Positions 25,390 through 34,284 of a DNA stretch of 42,821 nucleotides are shown piece by piece (positions within the stretch are counted from its first letter, which is position 1; each line of letters begins with the position of its first letter). This DNA comes from Paracoccaceae bacterium (GTDB lineage: Bacteria; Pseudomonadota; Alphaproteobacteria; Rhodobacterales; Rhodobacteraceae): assembly GCA_025458985.1 (NCBI GenBank), contig JALORM010000001.1, positions 1 through 42,821 of the forward strand, read 5' to 3'. The notes under the pieces are model-generated. The model was given only the letters and a program-made list of their open reading frames with translations. It ran no database searches and was not told the origin of the DNA. A program made the translations under genes and the position numbers.

Positions 25390-25700
25390 CAGGCCCGCCG
25401 CGCCTCTGCCGCCCAGACCAGCCTTTCCCGATCTCGAACGGGCGCACCGGCGACGCGAAAGACCTCGGCGTCGATGACGAACTGATCGCCCTCGGCGAGA
25501 ATCGGCACATCGGAAACCCGGACGTCGATCAGAAGCGTCTCCGACCGGAAGCGTCCGGCATTGAACTCGCTCACGACATCGGGCCTTCGGAGGATGATCG
25601 ACACCTCCGCAGAAGAACCGTCGCCGCGATGCAGGGTCGCGGCGACGGCCAGATTCGGGTCTGCGAACAGCGCATTGATCGCCGCCGCAAATGCGGTCAT
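25389..25700 (-). CDS. head-tail joining / head closure protein
   Basis: Internal ATG at 25700 (TGATG junction). Assigned by position and size. Confidence 0.5.
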   Translation of the reverse strand: MTAFAAAINALFADPNLAVAATLHRGDGSSAEVSIILRRPDVVSEFNAGRFRSETLLIDVRVSDVPILAEGDQFVIDAEVFRVAGAPVRDRERLVWAAEARRA

Positions 25701-26041
25701 CAGTTGACCCCGGCACCGTTGAGACGCACCCGGCCGATCGTGTCGCCAGCACCGCCAGCGACGGCAGCGACCGCCAGGCCGATCAGCTTGTTGGTCGACG
25801 CCACGTTGGTCGCGCGGTTGTTGGCCGCGTCCCAGTAGATCAGGGCGCCGACAGTCCACGCCTGCGACGGCGCCTTGGTGATGTCGACCACGCCGGTAGT
25901 CTGGATCTCGACGCTGGCGCCGGAAAGCGCCGTGGTCAGCGCGACGCCGAACAGACTGCCGATCAGGACGCCGGCACCGGCATTCACGTTCGCGGGGGCA
26001 GCGACGGTGATCGCATCCCCGGGTTGTACGAAGTTCTTCAT
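25700..26041 (-). CDS. DUF2190-like small head protein (decoration or cement candidate)
   Basis: The MKNFVQPGDAITVAAP... pattern is characteristic of this family. It lies directly after the capsid gene. Confidence 0.65.
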   Translation of the reverse strand: MKNFVQPGDAITVAAPANVNAGAGVLIGSLFGVALTTALSGASVEIQTTGVVDITKAPSQAWTVGALIYWDAANNRATNVASTNKLIGLAVAAVAGGAGDTIGRVRLNGAGVN

Positions 26042-26072
26042 CGGTATCCCTCCTTCGGGAATCTGGGGGTTG

Positions 26073-26097
26073 GCTCCGGCGATCGCGCCGCCGGAGC
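26073..26097 (-). terminator. GC-rich 9-bp stem-loop after the capsid gene, without a U-tract
   Basis: GCTCCGGCG-N7-CGCCGGAGC on the minus strand, in the 76-nt gap after the capsid stop. Confidence 0.35.
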
Positions 26098-26117
26098 GTT
26101 AGCCTTGCGGGCCCGGG

Positions 26118-28157
26118 TCAGGCGCCGGCGTTCTTGTAGCCGCCGCGGTAGTCGACCGCAGCGACGCCAAAGTCGCGCTCGATGCTGTAGCGGATGCCCT
26201 GCGTCCCGAAGGGCTCTTCCATGCGCACACGCGGACCCTGATCACCCTGAAGGAAGCCGTGCACGAACAGCGACTGCACGTCCGGCGAAGGCAGAAGGTA
26301 CCAGGCGTTGCCGGTGATCTTCGGCGTCGAGATCGGCGTCAGGCGGCCCGAGAACGGGTTGACCTTCACCGTCTCGTTCGCGGTGATCGCGACGGTCAGC
26401 TGATCCGCTTCGAGCTCCTTGTCCGGGCCGGTAAGCAGGATCGCCGGCGCAAGGCCGAGGTCAGAGTTGTCGACGCTCTTGTGCTTGCGGATGGCGGCGC
26501 GCCCCAGACCCACCGCGGCGGTCGTGATCGCCGCGGCCGTGCCCGCCTTCGACCCGTCGGTGATGTTGAACACCTGACGCGTGGTCGAAGCCAGCGTGGG
26601 CCCGTCGGCGTTGGCGCCGGAAAGCATCATCGCGAAGAAGACCGCCTCCTCCGTCCGCGCGACGGCCATTCCGGCGTCGCGGATGACGTCCTCGATCGCG
26701 CCCAGGTCGTCGTTGATCATCATCTGGCGGGTGACCGCCAGCGCGATCGCGTAGGCCTTGAGGACGGCCGTCTCCTTCGACTCTCCGAACGTGCCGAACT
26801 GGATTTCCCCGGCCTCGTTGACCTCGCGCAGCAGCGGGAAGTCGCCGGCCCGGGTCATCGGGTGCGGGCGGAAGTCGGTGAAGTCGCGGCGGCGCGAGAT
26901 CTGCGGATAGACCACGGGGGCGTCCGCATAGCGGTCCAGAAGGCGCTTGTTGAGCGCGCTCTCGAAGATGGCCGGGAAGTCCGACGTCGTATGGAACGCC
27001 ATCGTGATGGCGTCAAGACGGTCAGCCGCCGTCCGAGTCGGGCCGCGGTAACCCGTGCAGGCAACCGCCATGTCGAGGATTGACGACTGCATGTATTGCC
27101 GCCCGGCCTCGTGGTCCGGATCCTTCCGCCCGAGCTGCGCGACCAGCGCGGACGTCATCCCGGCGCGCAGCGTCTCGCGCTCGTCGCGGGTGATCTTGGC
27201 GGTCTCGCGACCCGCCCGGGGCAGATCGTCCCCGGCAGCCGGCGACGCCTGCCACTTCGCCGTGATCTGATCCAGAACGGCGTCGAACGAAGACCCTCCG
27301 TCGATCAGCTTCGTCACCTCGGCGGACGGAATACCCGCCCTGTCCGCGATCGTGTGAAGGCGCGAAGCTTGCGCCGCGGTCATCAGGACGTCGCTGGAGG
27401 CAGCAGCCGCAGCGACTGCCGCGGGCTGTTCGGCGACAGGGGTTGCTGCGGGTTTCGCCTCCGCAGCCGGCGTGGACTTCTCAGCCATCGAAGGCTCCTT
27501 CCTCTGCTTGCCGGGCACTCCGGCGACCATGGCCAGAACGGCCTCCCTCCCCGGCACCCCGCCGGGACGATTCGATGCCGCGCGAAGGTTGCTCGGCGCG
27601 TTGGAATAGATGCGGTAGTCGAAGGATGCGGCGGCCTGCGACTCGGCTTCTTCGCGCTCATCCGCGAAGCCGAGTTCGATTGCCTTTTCCCCATCCATGA
27701 CGGTTTCCGCGCGCATGATCTCGCGGGCAAGCGCCCGGGTCATGCCGCTGCGGTCCGCGTAGATCTCGGCGTAGGCGTCGCCGACCACCGACAGGATTTC
27801 CGCGACCTTGAGGTGGTCGGCTTCCGTGCCGCGGCCGTCGATCAGCCATTGCGCGGGATCGTGAACCAGCATCCAGGCGCCAAGCCGCATCCGAATGGTG
27901 TCGCCCGCCATCGCGATCAGGCTCGCCGCGCTGGCCGCGACGCCATCCACCACGACCGTCACGCGCCCGGGATAGTCCTTCAGCATGGTGTAGATGGCCT
28001 GGCCCTCGGTCGCGATGCCGCCGCCGGAATTGATGCGGACCGTCAGGTCGCCGGTCATCGCCGCAAGCTGATCGCGGACTTGCTTGGCCGTGAAATAGTC
28101 CTCGTCCCAGAACGAGGCACCAACCGTGCCGTAGAGGTGGATCTCGTTATCGGCCAT
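26118..28157 (-). CDS. fused ClpP/S14-type prohead protease, scaffold-like linker and major capsid protein
   Basis: ATG at 28157. The N-terminus is protease-like (INSGGGIATEGQAIY, VDGVAASAASLIAMAG). An Ala/Pro/Glu linker follows, then a roughly 300-aa capsid-like C-terminal domain. Confidence 0.85.
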   Translation of the reverse strand: MADNEIHLYGTVGASFWDEDYFTAKQVRDQLAAMTGDLTVRINSGGGIATEGQAIYTMLKDYPGRVTVVVDGVAASAASLIAMAGDTIRMRLGAWMLVHDPAQWLIDGRGTEADHLKVAEILSVVGDAYAEIYADRSGMTRALAREIMRAETVMDGEKAIELGFADEREEAESQAAASFDYRIYSNAPSNLRAASNRPGGVPGREAVLAMVAGVPGKQRKEPSMAEKSTPAAEAKPAATPVAEQPAAVAAAAASSDVLMTAAQASRLHTIADRAGIPSAEVTKLIDGGSSFDAVLDQITAKWQASPAAGDDLPRAGRETAKITRDERETLRAGMTSALVAQLGRKDPDHEAGRQYMQSSILDMAVACTGYRGPTRTAADRLDAITMAFHTTSDFPAIFESALNKRLLDRYADAPVVYPQISRRRDFTDFRPHPMTRAGDFPLLREVNEAGEIQFGTFGESKETAVLKAYAIALAVTRQMMINDDLGAIEDVIRDAGMAVARTEEAVFFAMMLSGANADGPTLASTTRQVFNITDGSKAGTAAAITTAAVGLGRAAIRKHKSVDNSDLGLAPAILLTGPDKELEADQLTVAITANETVKVNPFSGRLTPISTPKITGNAWYLLPSPDVQSLFVHGFLQGDQGPRVRMEEPFGTQGIRYSIERDFGVAAVDYRGGYKNAGA

Positions 28158-29667
28158 CGTTCGGCCCTCCGCTCTGATCGTTTTCGTCGTTCTCGTCGAC
28201 ATCCGGCACCCGCCCTGGAACGCCGCCCGATTTGGGGACCACCGCGTCCGTGTCGAAGACAAGCCCTGCCTCCAAGGCCGCCGCGCGCTCCTCGGCAATC
28301 TCTGCCTCGATCTCTTCCGGATCGTAGCCAAGCGCGCGCACCTGCATTCGCCGGCTGGCAAAGCCAGCGCGCACGGCGTCCCGCATTGCGGCGACCTCTC
28401 TCGTCGGATCGACCATGATCACAGCCGGCGGCGTCCAGTCGATCGACGTCCCGGCGGGCAAGAGCCGTCCCATCTGCAGCTCGGCCGCTTCCAGGAACCA
28501 CTCCGCCAATGGCTGCAGCAGCTGCGGCACCACCATCAGCCATTGCCAGCTTGAGACATTGCGGTTCATTTCCATCCGGCCCATCCGGGCGGACGAGAAA
28601 TTGACCTGGCTCAGGTCCCCGACCAGGGCCTCGTAGGTGATTCCAAGGCCCGCGGCCACGCTGCGCAAGATGACGGCCGTGAACTGATCGAATCCATCGA
28701 CACCGGGCGGCGTAGGAAACTCGATGCTTTCACCAGGGCTCAGCCGCTGCAGCCGGCCCGGAACGATGGAACCCAGGGGATCCCTCTTCTCCGCATCGGC
28801 CGCCGTCTGCGGCATCCCGACCGAGTCGGTGTCCGTCACGAACCCCGCAAAGCACGCGGCGATCTTCTGGCGCATCAGATGGGCGTCTTGACCATCTGCC
28901 AGGTCCTGCAGGTTCATGGCCACAGGCGCGAACCAGGTGACGCCCCGCATCTGGCCCGGGCGATCCTGCCGATAGACGTGCAGCACTTCGGAAGCCGGAA
29001 CCCGGCGCGACATCAATCCCCGAAGCGGCCGGAAGGTCGAACCGGGATGCTCGTCGAACAGCCAGTACGCGGCGCGCCGACCGATCGCGTCGAATTCGAT
29101 TCCCTCGCGAATGTAGCCTCCGTTCGCCAGCGTTCCCTCGCGGCTGGTGTCGATGAAGTCGGCCTCGATCACCTGCACCTGAAACGGCAGCGGCAGCCCG
29201 TCGGTGCGGCGCCGCCGGCGGCGGCGCACCAGCACCTCGCCTGCGTCAACCACCGCATTCACGACAAGGCGCTGCAGCCCGTAGAGATTGGAACGCCCAT
29301 CCGCATCGATTGCGGTGGTGTCCAGATGCGCCAGGGCCAGCGCGCGCAGCTGCCTTTCGATCGTGACCTGCGGCGCCTTGACCTTCGGAATGATCCCGTC
29401 GCCGATCACGTTGTTGGCGATGACCATCTGCCCGCGCAGGGCAAGCGGCGTGTTTCGCACCATGTCGCGCGCAATGAAGCGCAGGCGGTCGCGCCTCTGG
29501 CTGGCGCCATCGGCATCGGCGCCAGAAGCGCGCCAGGAAGAGGCCCGCTGCGTTTTTGTGCCGGCCGCGTAGTGAGCCTCGACCACGCGAAGCGCCGCGC
29601 GGGCGCGGGCCCGCCGCAGTGCGGCCTCTGGCGCGGCGATCCCGATAAGGCGGTCCAGCACGTTCAT
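28147..29667 (-). CDS. portal protein (lambda family)
   Basis: A 506-aa protein between gpW and the protease. The pattern RDRLRFIARDMVRNTPLA...NNVIGDGI is recalled from lambda-type portals. Confidence 0.85.
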   Translation of the reverse strand: MNVLDRLIGIAAPEAALRRARARAALRVVEAHYAAGTKTQRASSWRASGADADGASQRRDRLRFIARDMVRNTPLALRGQMVIANNVIGDGIIPKVKAPQVTIERQLRALALAHLDTTAIDADGRSNLYGLQRLVVNAVVDAGEVLVRRRRRRRTDGLPLPFQVQVIEADFIDTSREGTLANGGYIREGIEFDAIGRRAAYWLFDEHPGSTFRPLRGLMSRRVPASEVLHVYRQDRPGQMRGVTWFAPVAMNLQDLADGQDAHLMRQKIAACFAGFVTDTDSVGMPQTAADAEKRDPLGSIVPGRLQRLSPGESIEFPTPPGVDGFDQFTAVILRSVAAGLGITYEALVGDLSQVNFSSARMGRMEMNRNVSSWQWLMVVPQLLQPLAEWFLEAAELQMGRLLPAGTSIDWTPPAVIMVDPTREVAAMRDAVRAGFASRRMQVRALGYDPEEIEAEIAEERAAALEAGLVFDTDAVVPKSGGVPGRVPDVDENDENDQSGGPNDGR

Positions 29668-29671
29668 GTGA

Positions 29672-29878
29672 TCAGACCCCGCGATCGAAGACCGGGTTGA
29701 CGTGCCGCGTCACGAGGCTACCAGCCTGGGCGGCAAGCCCCTTGGCCACCGTGTTCCGGGCCGAGATCAGCTCGGCCATGGAGCGATAGGTCAGGCGCTT
29801 GCCATCGTACTCGGCGGACAGGACGCCCGAGGCGATCGCGGCGTCGAGCGCATCGAGTTGCGCCTGCGTGTAGCTCAT
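29672..29878 (-). CDS. head-tail joining protein gpW-like
   Basis: Internal ATG at 29878 (ATGA overlap with terL). A 68-aa protein containing DGKRLTYRSMAELI, between terL and the portal as in lambda. Confidence 0.6.
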   Translation of the reverse strand: MSYTQAQLDALDAAIASGVLSAEYDGKRLTYRSMAELISARNTVAKGLAAQAGSLVTRHVNPVFDRGV

Positions 29879-31938
29879 ACCCAATCCTCGCGATCTGGCA
29901 CCCAACCGGCTGACCCGGGCGTTGCCTTCTTTGGTGCAGGCGCCTGACGGCCTGCCTCTGGCGGCCTAGTCGGCGCCACAGGCGCGACCGGAACAGCGAA
30001 AAGATCACCTTGCCGGCTGTTGTCGATGGCCGGGCACCGCTCGGCGCGCAGTGCGGCCCATTGGTCTGGCGTCAGCCGGTCGAGCCGCAGGTGATAGGCC
30101 ATCGCGCGCGCGTAGCAGGCGATGTCGAGCGCTTCGTTCGGGCGACCGGCCAGCTTCTCCCAGCGACGGGTAAGCACACCGGACCTCGTCTCGGCCTCGA
30201 CCAGATGCTCGGCGGTCAGCTGTTCGGTATAGGCAAGACTCACGTCACCCGGCAGGATCATCGCGCCGGACTCCCATTCGCCTTGCTCGTTTCTCCCGCG
30301 GATGGTTCTCCGGATCGCCGAATAGAGGTCCGACTTAAGCGCGAAGGTGCCTACTGGCCAGATCACTGCGCCACGCGGCACCCGCTTGCCGTTCCACTTG
30401 ACGTCGACCTTCTTGGCCGCGCCGATGAACGGGTCGGTGCGGCGCGTGTCGCGGCCGTCTACCGCGAACACCCGCGGGTTGCGACGGGCATAGTCATAGA
30501 CCGCCTGACTGACGTATCCGGAATCGACAGCCCAGGCCTCGACCTCGACGGTTCCGCTTCCTCCCGGTGCATACTTGGCAGCCTCCATCACGCGGTCGTG
30601 CGCAGCCCAGGTCGCCCGATCGTTCGGGTCGCCCTCGATCACACCCCAGTCGACGAGCCAGCGTGTCATCCCCTCCGACCAACCCCAGACCGCCCACTCA
30701 AGCCTGTTACCCTGTACGTCCGTCGCGCCGGTGAACACCACGGGACCGACCGGAGGTTCGCCCCGGCGGTACTCGATGACCCGGCGCGCCAGCAGCTGTT
30801 CCGCGTCGGGCGCATCGCCCTTGTCTTCCCATGGCTCTCCCAGAACCTGCTGCGTGAAGACCCGCATCCGTTCGTGTCCGGTGGACGCCTCGATGAATTC
30901 CGCCACGATCGAGTCCCATGACGAGAAAAGGCTGTAGGCCTTCCAGATGTGAAAGCCTCGCACCCGCGTCGGAACCTCGCGCGTCCGCCAGCGCTCTATC
31001 TCGCAAGGCTCGATCACGGGCGGCGGCCCATCCTCGCCTGCGGTCGGGATCCAGACACCGGCCGCCATCATGTCGGCCTTGGCGTCTGGCAGGATCACGC
31101 AACCCGAGGCTTGGCATTCGAACCACGCCCGGTGCGGCCATTCCTCGCTTTCCCACTTCAGCCCGTCGAAGGCGAGGATCTGGTAAGATCCGCAATGCGG
31201 GCATGGCACGTACCGCCGGCGCATGTCCGACCGCTCGTAGTCCGCGGTGATCCTGCACATGCCGACAATCGACGGTGTCGAAACCCAGAAGCGCTTCCGG
31301 TCCCGCTCGTACGTCTCGGTCCGTTTCTTGAGCTGGGCGACCGGGTCGCCGCGTTCGCCGGCGGTGGCAGGCCATTCGCTGACTTCGTCGGCGATGGTGT
31401 AGCGCGCCGACAGCATCTGCAGGCCCTTGGACGACCCGGCAAACGTGACCTGCGCGAAGCCGCCGCGGAAGCGCTTGTAACTCGCGGTACTTCCCCGCTC
31501 TGTCCTCGTGGTCAGTTCCAGCACCTGCCGCCGAAGGTTCGGCGTCACGTCGATCGACGGCTGCAGCTTCGTCCTGACGTACTTCGTCGCCTCTTCGTGA
31601 CTCGGCAGCACAAGGATCATCGGCCCAGGGTCCTGATCGACGACGAACCCGAAGAAGTTGATCCCGACCTCCGACTTCCCGACCTGTGCCGAGGCCACGA
31701 AGACCACGTCCTCGCATGGATCGTCTGGCCCCAGCGCATCCATGATCTCGACCAGGTGCGGGGCCCTGACGTTGCGCCATGGGCCTGGATAGCGCGATCC
31801 ACTCTCGGCTGACAGGACGCGATGACGATCTGCCCACGCTGCAACGGACAGATTCTCGCGCGGGCGCAGCGCATTCGCCAGTGCATCCATGACGACCGGG
31901 CCGGCTGGCGCACACCCGGCAAGAGCCTCAAGCTGCAC
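29875..31938 (-). CDS. terL: terminase large subunit (lambda GpA family)
   Basis: P-loop-like VASAQVGKSE. Size and gene order match the Nu1-A-W-B arrangement. The start is GTG at 31938 or ATG at 31890. Confidence 0.9.
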   Translation of the reverse strand: MQLEALAGCAPAGPVVMDALANALRPRENLSVAAWADRHRVLSAESGSRYPGPWRNVRAPHLVEIMDALGPDDPCEDVVFVASAQVGKSEVGINFFGFVVDQDPGPMILVLPSHEEATKYVRTKLQPSIDVTPNLRRQVLELTTRTERGSTASYKRFRGGFAQVTFAGSSKGLQMLSARYTIADEVSEWPATAGERGDPVAQLKKRTETYERDRKRFWVSTPSIVGMCRITADYERSDMRRRYVPCPHCGSYQILAFDGLKWESEEWPHRAWFECQASGCVILPDAKADMMAAGVWIPTAGEDGPPPVIEPCEIERWRTREVPTRVRGFHIWKAYSLFSSWDSIVAEFIEASTGHERMRVFTQQVLGEPWEDKGDAPDAEQLLARRVIEYRRGEPPVGPVVFTGATDVQGNRLEWAVWGWSEGMTRWLVDWGVIEGDPNDRATWAAHDRVMEAAKYAPGGSGTVEVEAWAVDSGYVSQAVYDYARRNPRVFAVDGRDTRRTDPFIGAAKKVDVKWNGKRVPRGAVIWPVGTFALKSDLYSAIRRTIRGRNEQGEWESGAMILPGDVSLAYTEQLTAEHLVEAETRSGVLTRRWEKLAGRPNEALDIACYARAMAYHLRLDRLTPDQWAALRAERCPAIDNSRQGDLFAVPVAPVAPTRPPEAGRQAPAPKKATPGSAGWVPDREDWV

Positions 31939-32473
31939 TGCGTTCCTCGACAGATTGCGCTGCGGCGGAAAGTGCTGCGGCGGCCTCCGACATCAGGTCG
32001 CGCATCAAATCGTCCAGCGCGCGCTCCATCGCTCTTGGATCGTCGATCCTAGCGAGGCGCTCGGCGCGGTCCCGGACGATCTGCGCGGCCTTCTGACGAA
32101 TCGTCTCGCCAGCTGATGCGACGGCCCTCTCCACATCATCGCGCCGAACCGTGAGGCCCAAGCGCTCGGCCAGATCGAGTTCCGCCTCGATCGCCTTCGC
32201 CGCTTCGGTCCGCGAGCGGTGGTCGTTGATGCTCGGCCTCTTGTCCGCCGTCTCCTGCCGTTGTGGCGCTGCGCCATCCTGCTCTTGCGCGCCAGTCGGG
32301 CCACGAGTCTGCAATTTCGGATTGATCATCGCGTCGCGATGCGCGCGAATCTCATCGACCAGCACCAGCCCGCGCTCGTCAGCGAGCGCCGGGTGCTTTG
32401 CCACCCAGCGCGTCACCGTCGACTTGTTGATTCCGAGCTGTCGCGCAGCTTCCGCGCGCGTGATCCTGGCCAT
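31928..32473 (-). CDS. terS: terminase small subunit with an N-terminal HTH
   Basis: Internal ATG at 32473 after GGAGAC. MARITRAEAARQLGINKSTVTRWV is HTH-like. The gene lies directly upstream of terL and overlaps it. Confidence 0.65.
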   Translation of the reverse strand: MARITRAEAARQLGINKSTVTRWVAKHPALADERGLVLVDEIRAHRDAMINPKLQTRGPTGAQEQDGAAPQRQETADKRPSINDHRSRTEAAKAIEAELDLAERLGLTVRRDDVERAVASAGETIRQKAAQIVRDRAERLARIDDPRAMERALDDLMRDLMSEAAAALSAAAQSVEERSAA

Positions 32474-32482
32474 GTCTCCGCC

Positions 32483-32529
32483 GTTGCAGGTTGCAGGCCA
32501 AAAGGCCGGAAAAGTTGCACGGGTTGCAC
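32483..32529. repeat. four GTTGCA(G/C) heptamers in two tandem pairs flanking a GGCC-N4-GGCC hairpin
   Basis: Copies at 32483-89, 32490-96, 32514-20 and 32523-29, 10-56 nt upstream of the terS ATG. Confidence 0.85.
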
Positions 32530-32624
32530 CCTCGCGAAACCCGGCAACGGAAAAACTTAAGCGCTCCGCCGCACCGTACACCGACCGGCCAGGAAGGACC
32601 CGAGCCCCCACCCCGGAACGCCAA

Positions 32625-32653
32625 GCGCCCGCGCGAGGGTTCCCGGCGGGCGC
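32625..32653 (-). terminator. 8-bp GC stem-loop between the early and late operons
   Basis: GCGCCCGC-N13-GCGGGCGC. On the minus strand it is followed by TTGGCGTT, a weak U-tract. Confidence 0.4.
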
Positions 32654-32685
32654 TATTCTGGATGATGGCTCTCAAGCTACATCCT

Positions 32686-32704
32686 GTTGACCGTAGTCGT
32701 CAAC
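32686..32704. promoter_or_regulatory. inverted repeat GTTGAC-N7-GTCAAC just after the stop of gene 32707..33483
   Basis: Read directly from the sequence. It contains TTGAC, which resembles a -35 element. Confidence 0.4.
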
Positions 32705-32706
32705 CC

Positions 32707-33483
32707 CTACCCGCTGTAGCCCTGCATCCGATCGAGTGCCAAGCAAAGAGCCTGGCGCAAGAGCTTGACGTGGTCGGCCTTTGGCCACCCCTTTGGGCCG
32801 ACCCACTTGTATCGCACGAGCACCTCCTTGATCGTGCGCCCCTCAAGGCAGACGTGGTTGACAAGCGCAAGGTCGCTGATGATCCCGCGTTGCTCTACGC
32901 CGCGATCCGAAGGCCGGACGCGCCGCACCGTCATCGCTGCCCGATCTCCGATCCTTGCCCGCATCCTGTTGAGCTCGGCACGATCGGCAGCAATCGCCTC
33001 GCTGAATCCGCCGCCGGTTCCGCCCGACCTGCCAGCCTCTAGCGACGCGCACTTGATGCCGCCCGCCTCACACCGCTCGACCAGCGCGAGGTAGCGCCGA
33101 CCCACCGCCACCTGCCCGGGGGTGAACGGCGGCACAAATGGCGGCCGGAATCTCTCCGGCAGAGACGACCATCGCGCGCGCACCCTTGCCTCCATCCGGT
33201 CGAACGCATCGGCCTGCCGCACGGCATCCCGCCCGTCGAACCCGGCATGACGGCTGCGCTCGGCCGAGCCCGGCACCATTTCGCGCGGCGAGAACACGGC
33301 GAACGCGCCGCGCGCCGGCGCCGGCACAATGGCCGGGCCGCACCGCGCAGGGATCGCGGCGGCCGCCTTCAACTCGGCTACGGCCGCACGCTCCATGGCG
33401 GCCGAAAAGACCGAAGCCGAAGCGGCCGCCCGCTTGCCAGTCGGGTGAAAGACCGCTGCCTCGATCTGCGATTTCCGGCTCAT
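32707..33483 (-). CDS. hypothetical protein, last early gene before the late operon (regulator candidate)
   Basis: ORF with an ATGA overlap upstream. The C-terminal segment GRTIKEVLVRY...LLRQALCLALDRM looks HTH-like. Confidence 0.55.
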   Translation of the reverse strand: MSRKSQIEAAVFHPTGKRAAASASVFSAAMERAAVAELKAAAAIPARCGPAIVPAPARGAFAVFSPREMVPGSAERSRHAGFDGRDAVRQADAFDRMEARVRARWSSLPERFRPPFVPPFTPGQVAVGRRYLALVERCEAGGIKCASLEAGRSGGTGGGFSEAIAADRAELNRMRARIGDRAAMTVRRVRPSDRGVEQRGIISDLALVNHVCLEGRTIKEVLVRYKWVGPKGWPKADHVKLLRQALCLALDRMQGYSG

Positions 33484-34088
33484 TCCCCAGCCCCCTCATC
33501 CTGACGCCGCATCGCCAGCGCGTCCTGAAGATCCCGATGCCAGGCGGCAAGCCATGCGCGGTCGTCACCTGACGCGCTGCCTTCCTCGATCTTCTGGCGC
33601 ACCCGCGCCCGGCGCCGCGCGCTTTCCTCGGCATCGCGCTGCATCTCGACCCGGCTGTAGCGGTTGGGCGGCGGCCCGAAGCGGCGCGCCGTTCGGTAAA
33701 GCTCGACCAGCCACCCTCCATCCTCGGCCTCGGCACCAAGAGCCGACCGGATCAGCGACTGCACATAGGCGTTGTCGCGCGGCGGCGGCGCCTCGATCGA
33801 CCACGCCCAGCCCAAGACCGACGCAATGGGAGGCCAGTACGGCACCTGGCCGCCCGCGGCGAGCCTGACACAGAACTCGCGCAGCCCGGCCAGACCGCGT
33901 TCGGTCATATAGCCAAGCCGGCCCTCGATCTTCGCCATCATCGCATCGTGGTCGGCCACCGTGGACCCCTTGCGCCGCTGGAAGCCCATCTCGGCCATCG
34001 GCTCGATCAGGCAGCGCCGCACCCGGGCACGTCCGCTTTCGACCTCGCCCGCCACGGGCGCTTCGGTTTCCGTCTCTGTCGCCGTCAT
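33480..34088 (-). CDS. hypothetical protein
   Basis: ORF preceded by GAGAGAGGGGCAAGAGG. Confidence 0.6.
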   Translation of the reverse strand: MTATETETEAPVAGEVESGRARVRRCLIEPMAEMGFQRRKGSTVADHDAMMAKIEGRLGYMTERGLAGLREFCVRLAAGGQVPYWPPIASVLGWAWSIEAPPPRDNAYVQSLIRSALGAEAEDGGWLVELYRTARRFGPPPNRYSRVEMQRDAEESARRRARVRQKIEEGSASGDDRAWLAAWHRDLQDALAMRRQDEGAGE

Positions 34089-34155
34089 CGCCTCTTGCCC
34101 CTCTCTCAGCCCGATGCCCGAGCCGCTGGCGCGCCCATTCGGGAATTTCGGAAGA

Positions 34156-34185
34156 CTTTCTTCTTATTTCTCTGTCTTTTCTTTT
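34156..34185. other. 30-nt polypyrimidine/polypurine AT-rich tract (possible DNA unwinding element)
   Basis: The sequence ctttcttcttatttctctgtcttttctttt stands out in an otherwise GC-rich genome. Confidence 0.5.
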
Positions 34186-34191
34186 AGACGG

Positions 34192-34263
34192 CACTGATTT
34201 CATCGGTGGAAATCGGTGGCAAATCAGTGGACTTTTCGTGAAAATCCGTGATTGCCACTAATT
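34192..34263. repeat. iteron-like cluster of six copies of AAATC(N)GTGG (four direct, flanked by two inverted)
   Basis: CACTGATTT 34192-200; ATCGGTGG 34202-09 and 34212-19; ATCAGTGG 34223-30; ATCCGTG 34244-50; CCACTAAT 34255-62. Confidence 0.7.
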
Positions 34264-34284
34264 TCGGCCAATGATTGCAACGCC

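Noticed and set aside
25700-26041. A RecA/RadA-like recombinase label sometimes attached to this small-protein family.
   Set aside because: The 113-aa Gly/Ala/Val-rich protein has no Walker motifs and sits among head genes. The position fits a head accessory protein.
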